This document shows positions 48,696 through 60,345 of a stretch of 64,000 nt of DNA, one piece after another. The notes beneath the pieces were generated by a model, which did no database searches, was not told the DNA's origin, and was given only the letters and a program-made list of their open reading frames with translations. The stretch lies in assembly GCA_030390025.1 (NCBI GenBank), contig CM059432.1, positions 1,364,001 to 1,428,000 on the forward strand, given 5' to 3'. Numbering within the stretch: position 1 is the first letter of the stretch; every line of letters starts with the position of its first letter. The DNA comes from Squalus acanthias. Lineage: Eukaryota. The position numbers and the translations under genes were made by a program.

Positions 48696-49525
48696 GTCAG
48701 CTGTGGCTCAGTGGGCAGCACTCTCGCCTCTGAGTTAGAAGGTTGTGGGTTCAAGTCCCACTCGAGAGACTTGAACACAAAAATCTAGGCCGACACTCCA
48801 GTGCAGTGCTGAGGGAGCGCTGTACTGTCGGAGGGGCAGTACTGAGGGAGCGCCGCACTGTCGGAGGGGCAGCACTGAGGGAGCGCCGCACTGTCGGAGG
48901 GGCAGCACTGAGGGAGTGCCGCACTGTCGGAGGGGCAGCACTGAGGGAGCGCCGCACTGTCGGAGGGGCAGCACTGAGGGAGCGCCGCACTGTCGGAGGG
49001 GCAGCACTGAGGGAGCGCCGCACTGTCGGAGGGGCAGCACTGAGGGAGTGCTGCACTGTCGGAGGGGCAGCACTGAGGGAGTGCTGCACTGTCGGAGGGG
49101 CAGCACTGAGGGAGTGCTGCACTGTCGGAGGGGCAGCACTGAGGGAGTGCTGCACTGTCGGAGGTGCCGTCTTTCAGATGAGACATTAAACTGAGGCCCC
49201 GTCTGCTCTCTCAGACTGGCCCAATGAGGCAGAAGGTTGTGGGCCACTCAAAATATCTCGAGTGGCAAATCCCATGGCATTTTTTCGAAGAAGAGCAGGG
49301 TGTTATCCCCAGTGTCCTGGCCAATATTTATCCCTCAATCAACAGAACAGATGATCTGGTCATTATCACATTGCTCTTTGTGGGAGCTTGCTGTGTGCAA
49401 ATTGCCTGCCGTGTTTCCTACATTACAACAGTGACTACACTTCAAAAAGTACTTCATTGGCTGTAAAGTGCTTTGGGACGTCAGGTGGTCGTGAAAGGCG
49501 CTATAGAAATGCAAGTCTTTCTTTT
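48696..49525 (+). mobile_element. DeuSINE with an internal 33-bp tandem expansion
   Basis: Same head, core and tail as 27451-27900; 11 units at about 48803-49165. Confidence 0.88.
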
Positions 49526-49830
49526 TCTAAATATGGGGTTCAAGATGTTGTCCATGGTTTGATGAGGTTAATGTCTGTCATTTTCAGACAAAGCAAGTTC
49601 TCGGCCTCAGCCCTGATGTAAAGAGGGACATGCCAAATACAGACCTCATAGGCACGGGGAAAAAGGAGCAGCTCGTTTGAGCCTCACCCATACACCTCTC
49701 AGCCTCTCTTCATAGTAAAGCACAAAAACACCGCATGAAACTGGTTGTGAAGAAGGCAGTCATTTAAGGATTGCCTCACCATGCTCCAAGAAACATTGCA
49801 AAACTTTTCATGTAGTGAATTACTCTGAAG

Positions 49831-49977
49831 CAATGTTCACTGTGAGCTGCACGGCCCATTTCTTTTAGTGCGTGGTCCCTTTAAATTTCCGCGTGTGCAT
49901 ATTTACAATGGAGAAGCCGGTGGGCAGCCTGTGCAGGACCTTTTCCATTACTCCGTGGCCGCTTCGAGTGAACACTG
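49831..49977. mobile_element. Short hAT-like MITE nested in a DeuSINE; related fragments near 9440-9523 and 32125-32250
   Basis: TIRs CAATGTTCAC and GTGAACACTG; flanks ctctgaag and ctttgatg match at 6 of 8 positions. Confidence 0.5.
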
Positions 49978-51803
49978 CTTTGATGCGGAGTGACTTTCGC
50001 TCTGTAGGCCAATATGGCAGCCATGTTGTACACAGCAAGATCCCACGCACAGCAATGAGATGAATGACCAGTTGGGATGCTTTTAGTTGAGGGAGAAAAT
50101 GCTGGCCAGGATTTGCTTTTCAAATTGCATCATGGGATCATTAACGTTCACCTGAGCCACCGGGCCCCAGTTTAACTCTGTACTTTCCACAATGCAACGC
50201 TCCCTCAGTGCTGCACTGGGAGTGCCAGTCTAGATTATGTCCTCACGTCCTGGAGTGGGACTTGAACCCACATTGTTGTGCCGTCAAGTGAGTCAAGCTG
50301 ACACATCCAATAAAACATTCAGACAGTTAAAATTTACATTGCTGAAAACAAGGAATCGAAAGTCCACATCTTATACGGCACTGATGTGTGGCAAGAGGCA
50401 GCACACTTGTGGCAGGATGCTCCTCAGGGGCTATCCCTGCACAAGGTCACCAACCTGAAACCTTAACTCTGTTTCTCTCTCCACAGATGCTGCCTGACCT
50501 GCTGAGTATTTCCAGCATTTTCTGTTTTTATTTTAGTAATCCAGAGGCCTAGACTAATGATTCGGAGACATGAGTTCAAATCCCACCACGGCAGCTGGGG
50601 AATTTAAATTCAGTTAAATAAATCTGGAATAAAAAAAGCTGGACTGTCGTAAAAGCCCATCTGGTTCACTAATGTCCTTTAGGGAAGGAAATCTGCCGTC
50701 CTTACCCGGTCTGGCCTACATGTGACTCCAGACCCACAGCAATGTGGTTGACTCTGAAATGGGCTAGCAAGCCACTCAGTTGTACCAAACCGCTATGGAC
50801 TGCGATTTAAGGCGGCTCACCACCTTCTCAAGGGCAGTTAGGGATGGGTAATACATGTCGGCCTTGCCCACATCCTGTTAATGAATTAAAAAAAGACAAA
50901 ATAGCTGCTCAGAAACCAGCAACTCTCTTCCTTACAGCTCCAGAATGCAGGCATTCCGAGTTCGCTCCTGCCCTCTAAAAGCCAGTCTTGAGTGGGTCGA
51001 CTAACAGCAAGTGCTATTATAGCTTCAGTGCTCCTAAATGCAGAGTGGGAGCATCTGTGTTTCCACTGTATTCCTCAGATTGGTTACTTTATTCTTCCTT
51101 CTCTTCACGTCTTATATTCTAATAAAAATAAATGCCTTTGCTTGACTCTTACAGGTCGTTTCAGTCTAGGTCTAGAACCTGATCGTTAATGGTTTAAGAT
51201 GCCGTAAGCCCATTTTGATAAACAACCCACAAATACAAAAGCAAAATACCACGGATGCTGGAAATCTGAAATAAAAACAGAAAATGCTGGAAATACTCAG
51301 GTCAGGCAGCATCTGTGGAGAGAGAGAAACCGAGTTAACGTTCCAGGTCGGTGACCCTTCGGGATAAACAACCCACAGGATTAAAAAAGATCATTGACCA
51401 TAATTAATCTTTCTAATATTGACATGACATATCGCCGTTGACAAAAGGCACCCTCCGCCATGCAAAATTTTGAATTGTACCCAATGGTTCATGAAGCGAT
51501 ACCAAATTTGTCACAAAATCTGAAGTCCTTTCCAGATACTGATGGGACAAGTTAGTGTTTTTAAATAGATTGAGGGAAGAGTGCCGTAACAAACCTCCCC
51601 ACTTCTACCAGCACAGGGAGCACAACAAAAATCACACACTTCAAAACTGGGATACTGAAAAAAGTCTTCCCAACTGAAAGAACAGAAGCCAAGCCGCCAA
51701 CCCAACTAACTAATAGCTTGCGTTCTTGCACAGAACGTACAGCACGGTCCGTGCCGGCGTTTACGCTCCACATGAGCCTCCTCCCAGCCTACTTCATCTC
51801 ACC

Positions 51804-52175
51804 CAGAGGTTCCCGAACTTTTACTTATTGCCCACCCCCCCTTCCAGATCTACCAGCTGCCTGCGGCCCCCTCCCAGCACGCGGGCGTAATATTTTAACC
51901 CCTTTTAACACTCAAGCACTGTACAAAGTGTACGGTGATTGGAGGTGAGGGCTCGGTACGTCATCATCTCTGTGGATCGGTGTTCTCATTGCTAGATCCT
52001 CAAGTAACTTTATCTTAACAAATTCCCACAGAGTTTCAAAGCTTCGTCTGAGTAGTCTATTATAAAATTGCAATAAATGAATTAAATAATTAATAAATAA
52101 AATCCACCATTAGACAATTTCCCCCGCATCCCCCCCCCTCCCCCCCCCGCTCACGTACCAGTTTGGGAACCCCTG
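51804..52175. mobile_element. hAT-type MITE with a perfect 8-bp TSD, nested in a CR1 3' UTR
   Basis: TIRs CAGAGGTTCCCGAACT and AGTTTGGGAACCCCTG; ATCTCACC at 51796-51803 and 52176-52183. Confidence 0.85.
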
Positions 52176-52606
52176 ATCTCACCCGATCGGCCTATCCTTC
52201 TATTCCTTTCTCCCTCGTGTACTTATCGAGCTTCCCCTTAAAGGCATCTATGTTATTCGCCTCAACTACTCCCTGTGTATATATTGGGTATATTCAAGAC
52301 AGAAGTCGATAGATTTCTGACTGGTAAAGGCATCAAGGGATATGGCGATAGGGCCGGTGAATGGAGTTGAGGCAGAAGATCAGCCATGATCTCATTGAAT
52401 GGCGGAGCAGGCTCGAAGGGCCAAATGGCCCACTCCTGCTCCTATTTCTTATGTGATAGCGAGTTCCACATTACTCCGATTAGGGCTAATCTTCTCTCAG
52501 AACACAGCACAACAAAAGATTAACCTATGTCATAAAATTCCCAGTCAGTTTCAACCAGTTAAAACTAATAATTTAATGAGCGGATAAATCCGCGCAAGTT
52601 TCTCAC

Positions 52607-52704
52607 CTAACCATCTCGTATGTCTCTCCGAGGAGTGGGTTAAATGGCTTCCCCGTCCTTTCCCACTGGGAGGCAACAGCTGAAACCGCAAATGCTGCTA
52701 CGCA
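52607..52704 (-). CDS. OSBPL1A: OSBPL1A coding exon: CVAAFAVSAVASQWERTGKPFNPLLGETYEMV(R)
   Basis: KPFNPLLGETYE ORD motif; aaacag| and |gtgaga; 98 nt. Confidence 0.96.
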
Positions 52705-54127
52705 CTGTTTTAGGGATATTAAAAAATACAAAATAAAACTATTACTTCCAAATAAAATTTAAAAAGTGTAATTATTAGGATTATAGTCAATCATTACAAA
52801 AGCTTTGCCGTGGCGTTAAGTCATTAAGCAGTCAAAATGAAACAAATTGTTTATACAGAACTTTGTTAAAGGGATGCAAAGTCTTAGGAGAAGATGTTTG
52901 GTCCAAAGTACTTGCCCACTTCATTATTCAATTACAGTAATATCATTGAGAATCTAATTTGACGACTTTTTTTAAAAAAAAAGTCAATTTTCCTCAGCAC
53001 AAACACTCTGGAGTTGGGTTTCCAGCACTATTCGGGCATTGTCACATCACTATCGGGGAACGGCCCCTTTAATTACAGCATTTCCACCGGAAATAACGGA
53101 AACAGCAATTAAGGACCAACCCAAGAGTTGTTCTTGAGCTGCCTAAACCCAGGGGACCACGGTACCAACAGGGAACTCGGCATCTCTATAACAGTAAGGT
53201 TTCCAAGGGCCAGGCACCTCCAGAACAGCAATCAGAATGGTCCAAAGACAGCAGCCAACTCTCCACCAAAGCGAATAAAACTTGTTTTAAAAAAAAATAT
53301 TTAACCCAGTGGCAGGAGGCCTGCAGAAGTTGCATAGGTACTGCGGAGCTAGATCATGGCAAGATCTGTAAACAGCGTCAAGCATTTTGAAAACAATGAA
53401 CTGAGAGACAGGGAGACAGTGAAGGCTGGTGAGGAAAAGGGTGATAAGTGAGTGGATCTTAAAAACCAACAACGACTTGGTGAAACGTCCCAAGGCGCTT
53501 CACAGGAGCGATTATCAAACAAGATTTGACACCGAGCCACATGAGGAGATATTAGGACAGGGTCAAAGAGGTAGGTTTTAAGGAGCGTCTTAAAGGAGGA
53601 GAGAGAGGTAGAGAGGTTTAGAGGGAATTCCAGTGCTTAGGGCCCAGGCAGCTCTAACACAAGGTAGGATTCTCCCAGCACATTTCTGGATCAGCTGGAG
53701 TTTATGTAGGTTGCAATTCAGGAGGCCAGCACGAAGAGAGTTGTAAAAGTCGAGTCTGCAGGTGTGGAAAATAAAGAACAAACTTGCATTTATAAAGTGC
53801 CTTTATGCCCTTGGGATTTCTCAAAACTGCTTTGCAGCCAATGAACTACTTGTAGAATTATACTCATTGTTGTTTTACAGGTAAACGCAGCAGCCAATCT
53901 GCAGAGCAAGATCTCACAAACAACAAATGGTTTAGTTTGAGGGAGGAATGGTGGCCAGGACACGAGAACACTTTGCTGTCCTTTGAACAGTGTCATCCAC
54001 CTGGAACAGTGGCTGAGTTTAATGGCTCAGCCAATAGACAATACCTCAGACAACGCATTGTCAGCCTCGATTACGTGCTCCAGTCCTGGAATGGGATTTG
54101 AGCCCACTACCTTCGAATACAGGGGCA

Positions 54128-54676
54128 GGAGTACTGCGTACAGTTCTGGTCACCACATTACAGGAAAGATGTGATTGCACTGGAGAGAGTACAGAGGAGA
54201 TTTACGAGGATGTTGCCAGGACTGGAGAATTTTAGCTATGAGGAAAGATTGGATAGGCTGGGGTTGTTTTCTTTGGAACAGAGGAGGCTGAGGGGAGACT
54301 TGATTGAGGTGTATAAAATTATGAGGGGCCTAGATAGAGTGGATAGGAAGGACCTATTTCCCTTAGCAGAGAGGTCAATAACCAGAGGACATAGATTTAA
54401 AGTAATTGGTAGAAGGATTAGAGGGGAGTTGAGGAGAAATATTTTCACTCAGGAGGGTGGTGGGGGTCTGGAACTCACTGCCTGAAAGGGTGGTAGAGGC
54501 AGAAACCCTCATCACATTTAAAAAGTGCTTGGATATGCACTTGAAGTGCCGTAACCTGCAGGGCTACGGACCAAGAGCTGGAAAGTGGGATTAGGCTGGA
54601 GAGCTCTTTGTCGGCCGGCACAGACACAATGGGTCGAATGGCCTCCTTCTGTGCTGTAAATTTCTCTGATTCTATG
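54128..54676 (+). mobile_element. CR1 3' fragment
   Basis: ORF 54171-54485 plus 3' UTR. Confidence 0.85.
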
Positions 54677-55430
54677 AGTACTACGACTGAGCCAAGCTGA
54701 TAGATGACAAAGAACAGGGGTGAGGATATCAGCAGCAGTGGTAGTCAAGAGTGTTTGCTCGCAACAGCCACATGATCTTCCTCAACCCAATCACAAATCA
54801 ATACTCAGTTCTTTTCAACAGAGCCAGCATTTTTTATTCATTCATGGGATGTGGGCAAGGCCAGCATTTATTGCCCATCCCTAAAATGCACAATGGCCTA
54901 ACTGCACAGCAAGAAATAGTATGTCAAAGGTACAAGCACTCCAAATGGGAGAAGCAGATTGAGAATGCTAGAGTACAACACCAAGCACCCATTTCCCCCG
55001 CCAACCTTTTCCTTCTTTACTCCTCTCCTTGAAAAAAGCAACCGATGTCAGATATAGTTTGACAAATGACAGCAGCTCTGGTTTTTTTTTGAGAAACCGA
55101 GGTTAAATTCACAATGCGAGGGATGACCAAGAGTAGGAGAGAAGAAGCACGACCAGTTTGCGATTGCAGAATGGAAGATTGTGTGGCCTTTGCGAAGCGA
55201 CGGATCAATATTTTGGAGATTATGGAGGACCAAAGAATATACATTTCAGATATTTTAAGCGTCATTTCGCGTTCAAGACATGTTACTTTTTAATATTAAA
55301 TACTGACCATTGTCCAGTGAAAAAATATCTTCCCTATGGATCGTGCTTAAATGGTTAGTCTTAACTGTACCACAAACTAGATCCAAAATACGCAGCAACA
55401 CGAGTTCAGAAAGCAATGACTATACTCTAC

Positions 55431-55565
55431 CTCCATTCGCTCTAATGAATTACTGCAACCAATAGCTTCGTAGATGAGGTACGTGTGTTCCATGTATTCT
55501 GTGAGTCGCTGGAGAAAGCTAAGTGGCTCATTAAATATAACAGGCATAGCAATCTTGGATAGCTC
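55431..55565 (-). CDS. OSBPL1A: OSBPL1A coding exon: ELSKIAMPVIFNEPLSFLQRLTEYMEHTYLIYEAIGCSNSLERME
   Basis: ORD motif MPVIFNEPLSFLQRL; MPVIF and EHTYL are ORP1-type rather than ORP2-type; ttccag| and |gtagag; 135 nt. Confidence 0.96.
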
Positions 55566-56169
55566 CTGGAACAAAAAAATTGAGAAGTGCCTATACAGTT
55601 GCTTTTATGTAATAAAATAGCCCATTCATAATAGCACTATTCTAAACAATGAATTTAAAAATGCAGCCATTGACCCAAAGTGCTGTTAAGTCCCTGCAAG
55701 AATATCGATAAATACTGAAGGATGTATTTACAGTATCACTAAAGTAATCGTCTACATCCACATCATTGCATGCTGCCAGCTGGATCAGAACTGTAGATTC
55801 CAGGGATGGCTTGTGACTATTTGGTGGTAATAACTATTCAGGCGTAAGGGCACCACTCTTTCTTGGAGGTATAGCTTCAGTGGCAATACCCGTGAAAAGA
55901 ACAAAGCATACGAGGGTGAACGCATTCTCACTTTGTAACGGTTTCAGACAATGAAAATGGAGGAGTTCCAACCTACTAATTGAGAAAACATTTCACTGCT
56001 TAAGAGTCACATATCCGCTATCAAACTGTGCAATTCTCGGTTACACATTTTTATTAAAACTTACTAAGTTACTTAATAGTGATTCAACATTTTAAAGTTG
56101 ATGTCAAAACATTCTTACACAAAATTGCAAAGTGAAGAGTGCACAGGATCATTTTTGGTACAATATAGG

Positions 56170-57260
56170 GATTACAGCACAGAAACAGGCCATTCGGCCC
56201 AACTGGTCTGTGCTGGTGTTGATGCTCCACGTGAACCTCCTCCCACCCCTGCTTCACCTCACCCTATCAGCATACTCCTTTCTCCCTCATGTGCTTATCT
56301 AGCTTCCCCTTAAATGCATCTATGCTATTTCACTTCAACCACTCCACGTGGCAGCGAGTTCCACATTCCAACTACTCTCTGGGTAAAGAAGTTTCTCCAA
56401 TTCCTTGTTGCATTTATTAGTGACTATCTTGTATTTATGATCCCTAGTTTTGGCCTCCCCCACAAGTGGAAACATCTCCAGGGCTACGCTATCAAACCGC
56501 TTCATAATCTCTCGCCTCGGTCTTTTTTCTGGATATATTTCCTACAGCCCCAGCCTGTTCAGTCTTTCCTGATAGTTGGACTCTCTCAATTCTGGTATCG
56601 TCCTTGTAAATCTTTTTTGCACGTTCTCCAGTGTCTCTATCCTTTTTGTAATATGGAGACCAGAACTGTGCACAGTACCCCAAGTGTGGTCTAACATAAC
56701 TTCCCTGCTTTTGAATTCTATTCCTCTAAAAATGAACCCCAGTGCTTGGTTTGCATTTTTTATTGTTTTGTTAACCTGCGTTGCTACTTTTAATGATGTG
56801 AATTTGTACCCCTAGATCCCTTTGCTCCTCTACCCCATTTAGGCTCTAAATGCAATTCTGTGTAGCATAGGGATGATTCCGTCATCTCAGGAATCAACCG
56901 TGTGAATCGTCTCTGAACTGCCTCCAATGCAAGTATATCCTTCCTTAAATAAGGAGACCAAGACTGTATGCAGTACTTCAGGTGTGGTCTCACCAATACC
57001 CTGTACAGTTGTAGCAGGACTTCCCTGCTTTTATACTCCAACCCCCTTGCAATAAAGGCCAACATTCCATTTGCCTTTTTGATTACTTCTTGTACCTGCA
57101 TGCTAACTTTTTAAGTTTCATGCACAAGGACCCCCAGGTCCCTCTGAACTGTAGAATTTTGTAATCTCTCTCCATTTGAATAATAATTTGCTTTTTTTAT
57201 TTTTCCTGCCAAAGTGGATAACCTCGCACTTTCCCACATTATACTCCATCTGCCAAGTGT
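56170..57260 (-). mobile_element. Degenerate CR1 fragments
   Basis: KANGMLAFIARG and LVRPHL motifs. Confidence 0.8.
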
Positions 57261-57953
57261 CCCTGCGAGTGCCATTTATTTACCAGTTGATGGAGCAATC
57301 TGATAAGGAGCAAACAGCAGAAAAACAAAGAAAAACCAACAATGTTGGAAATCTGAAATACTAGAAATGCACAGGTCAATCACAATCTCAAAAGAGAAAG
57401 ACGAGAGTTAATAGTTCAGGTTTGACTCATCAGAACAGCAAGTAGTCCAGAGAAGGACGGGAGTAAAATTCTGACCATTGCCTCCAGTCCTAAAAGCCCT
57501 AGCAAATAGCTGGTCTGAATCAGGAGGTATAGACAACGATCAGTGGCTTCTATACCGAGGACCACTACCATTCCATCACACTTCTATAACATCAATAGAA
57601 CACAAAGCATATAACGTTATCAAAAATAAACTGAAGCTAAATACTGCCGATGCTGGAAATCAAATAAAAACAGAAAATCAACCTGAAACGTCAACTCTTG
57701 TTTCTCTCTCCACAGATGCTACAGAGAGTAGCTTTTCGGTTACAAGTTTTATCTTTTGAGCCCTCTGAAGAAATGCTGAAAACCATGCTCCTTTATACAC
57801 CATATTTTGACCTGCTGAGTATTTCCAGCATTTTCTGCTTCCATTTCAAAATAAACTCAGTTGGACATCTTGGGGAGTTACGAGTTAACAGTCGAACTTC
57901 TTTGTATATTGGAGCAACAGGCTTTCCAATATAAACAGGATAACTTTGAAGTA

Positions 57954-58515
57954 TTGTGAGGAGAAAGCATGACTTGTTTTCTGATGTGAAAAGTGCTTGT
58001 ATAAGGAAATACATGACAGTAATGACGTCACCCATGACAGGTTACGGTTTAGTTTTACGGTAATAGACATAGCTAGGGTAATAACCATGGGTAGGTGCTA
58101 TCCATTAGCTGCAGTATAGAAAGATAAGAATTGGTAAAGCTTTTTCTTCAAAGATGCTAGTAACAGTTAGTTCAGGAAGTCTTGTTTAAGGGAAGTAGCT
58201 TTGGGTAAACAACTACAAGTGTTTACATGAATAAAGGATTTGGGAGTAGATACGTCATGAAGTCTCATCTACGACATTACCTTTGATGTAGCCAAAATAT
58301 GGTGTATAAAGGAGCATGGTTTTCAGCATTTCTTCAGAGGGCTCAAAAGATAAAACTTGTAACCGAAAAGCTACTCTCTGTATACAGTTAGGCTGATCAC
58401 CTATACCGTGCATCAATAAAATCTGTTCCATATACTCCACTACGAAGTGTCTTGTGTTTACTCGAAACCTGTTGTTGTAAACCAAAGGAGGAAGGAGGTT
58501 GACTGCTAGCAGTCA
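57954..58515 (+). mobile_element. Possible solo LTR
   Basis: TG...CA bounds, TATAAA at 58305-58310 and AATAAA at 58415-58420 in LTR-like order; no TSD found. Confidence 0.3.
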
Positions 58516-60269
58516 CCCATTTTAGTAAATCCTTGCTCAATGTAAAAAGGGTGAGAACATTCAATAGGATGACAAGACTTGGTCCTTATTCATTCCTAAA
58601 CAGCTGGTATATCAAATCATGTGGGTTTATTCCAGAAATGTTGTCAATTTTTAATTAATACAAGAGTATGGAGGATAGTGTGGGCCAAGCAAGTAGCATA
58701 GCCAGTTTGGGTAGTCATTAAGCCTTGTAGGACCTGAACACATCTGGAGAGTGTCCTGCACCTGCAATTTTTAATCTGAGCCAAACTATTCCAAAGAAAC
58801 AGGCCATTCAGCCCAACAGGTCCATGCAGGTGTTTATGCTCCACTCGAGCCTCCTCACACCCCTCTTCATCTCACCCCATCAACAGATCCTTCTATTCCT
58901 TCCTCCCTCATGTACTTATCTAGCTTCCGGGAAACGAGCCCCAACCTGTTCAATTTTTCCTCACAGATATAACTCCTCAGTTCTGGTATCACCCTCGTAA
59001 ATCTTTTTTGCACCTTCTCCAGTGCCTCTATATCCATCATATAATATGGAGACCAGAACTGTTCATAGTATTCCAAGTGTGGTCTAAACAAGGTTCCATA
59101 TTTATATTTATGGCCCCTAGTTCTGGTCTTGCCCGCAAGTGGAAACATCTTCTCTATGTCAACTGTTATTTTTTTGTTTCAGGTTTATTATAAACTTTAT
59201 TTGGATGGGAAACATCCCATATTTGGCACAAGGAAAACAGCAGTCTTGGGGGTAGGGAGGGGGAATGAGTTCCTTATTCAATTCCTTGGGATAGTTTAGT
59301 GATCAAGACTCCAGTTGCTTGCTTGGAACTGACGGCAGGCAATCAGAGTGACAATCAGCCTCGTGACATCGGCTGGAGAAGGTTACAGTTACACAGAGTT
59401 CCAAAGGACCTCAACTGCTTCCCATCTATTCAAGTCGGTGGAGAAGTCTGCTTGCCCAGTACCTGGAATGCTCCTCAGGACTGACGTTTGATTTTCGGTG
59501 GACCTGAATCTGTAATTGTGCTTCTGGGCAGTTGCAGGCGCGACACTGGGCACCCTCCATTCACTGGAAATCCCTCCGGATGACGAGATGCTCAGGTCAG
59601 TCCCATTTTCCAAGTTTAGCGTTTGTGGGATTCATTCAGGGTTAGAAGACAGAGTGAGCAGATATTGGTCACCGAGACATATCCACAATATTGGATGGAA
59701 ATTCTAACACCTGGAGTTGTCATCAATTGAAAGCAGGGATTCAGTCTGACAAAAACCTATTAACTGTAACGGACCTTGGTTAGCTGTCACAGACTCTGGA
59801 AGCGTTGGCTGAGGAATATGGCATTTATGACTAAACTGTGGACATTTCACCAGAAGTTTTCTTTCAAGACGACAATCGCAGAAGCACTCTTATCTGTTCA
59901 CAAGACTATATAAAATTTTAGTGAGCAAAACTTAAAATAGCGAACTCTTTTTGGATGTGCGCAGGCAATAGTCAAAATTGCTCCCTGTGAAAGGAGAACT
60001 GGAACTAATGGGTATGATTCAGAATGGAGCCTTATAAGCTGGTGTGGAGCATAAACGCCGGTGTAGACTAGTTGGGCCGAATGGCCTGTTTCTGTGCTGT
60101 ACACTCGATGTAACAACATTCTGCTACCAACCCGACAATGCAACAGTGGAAAGGAAATTCTTAAAGTGGGAACGTTCTTGGATGACGATTGTCCCTCGCT
60201 CCAGGATGATGGGAATTTCTATTCCCAGATCTAGAAACTAAACACGCGTCGAGCGCCCAATTTACTCAC

Positions 60270-60345
60270 CATTCCAATGCATTTACGCAGTATACTCCAA
60301 ATACTAAAATCATTTCTGGAAAACATTGGAGCTGGCAAGCTTGTT
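60270..60345 (-). CDS. OSBPL1A: OSBPL1A coding exon: (R)TSLPAPMFSRNDFSIWSILRKCIGM
   Basis: Manual translation matches the start of the ORP1 ORD; acceptor tttag|A, donor ATG|gtgagt; 76 nt, phase 2 to 0. Confidence 0.95.

Noticed and set aside
48735..49247. Overlapping 130-170 aa repetitive ORFs; superficially CRISPR-like periodicity
   Set aside because: These are 33-bp head-to-tail units with no unique spacers, derived from the DeuSINE in a vertebrate intron.
59230..59900. Non-repeat-looking stretch with short ORFs (59389-59613)
   Set aside because: No recognisable protein similarity, and the flanking OSBPL1A exons already join in frame without it.
13612..60345. Calling the gene OSBPL2 (ORP2)
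   Set aside because: MPVIF, EHTYL, FDAYKKNDKKNTEEKK, IAPRPPNS and WFHQGPNPY match ORP1 rather than ORP2.
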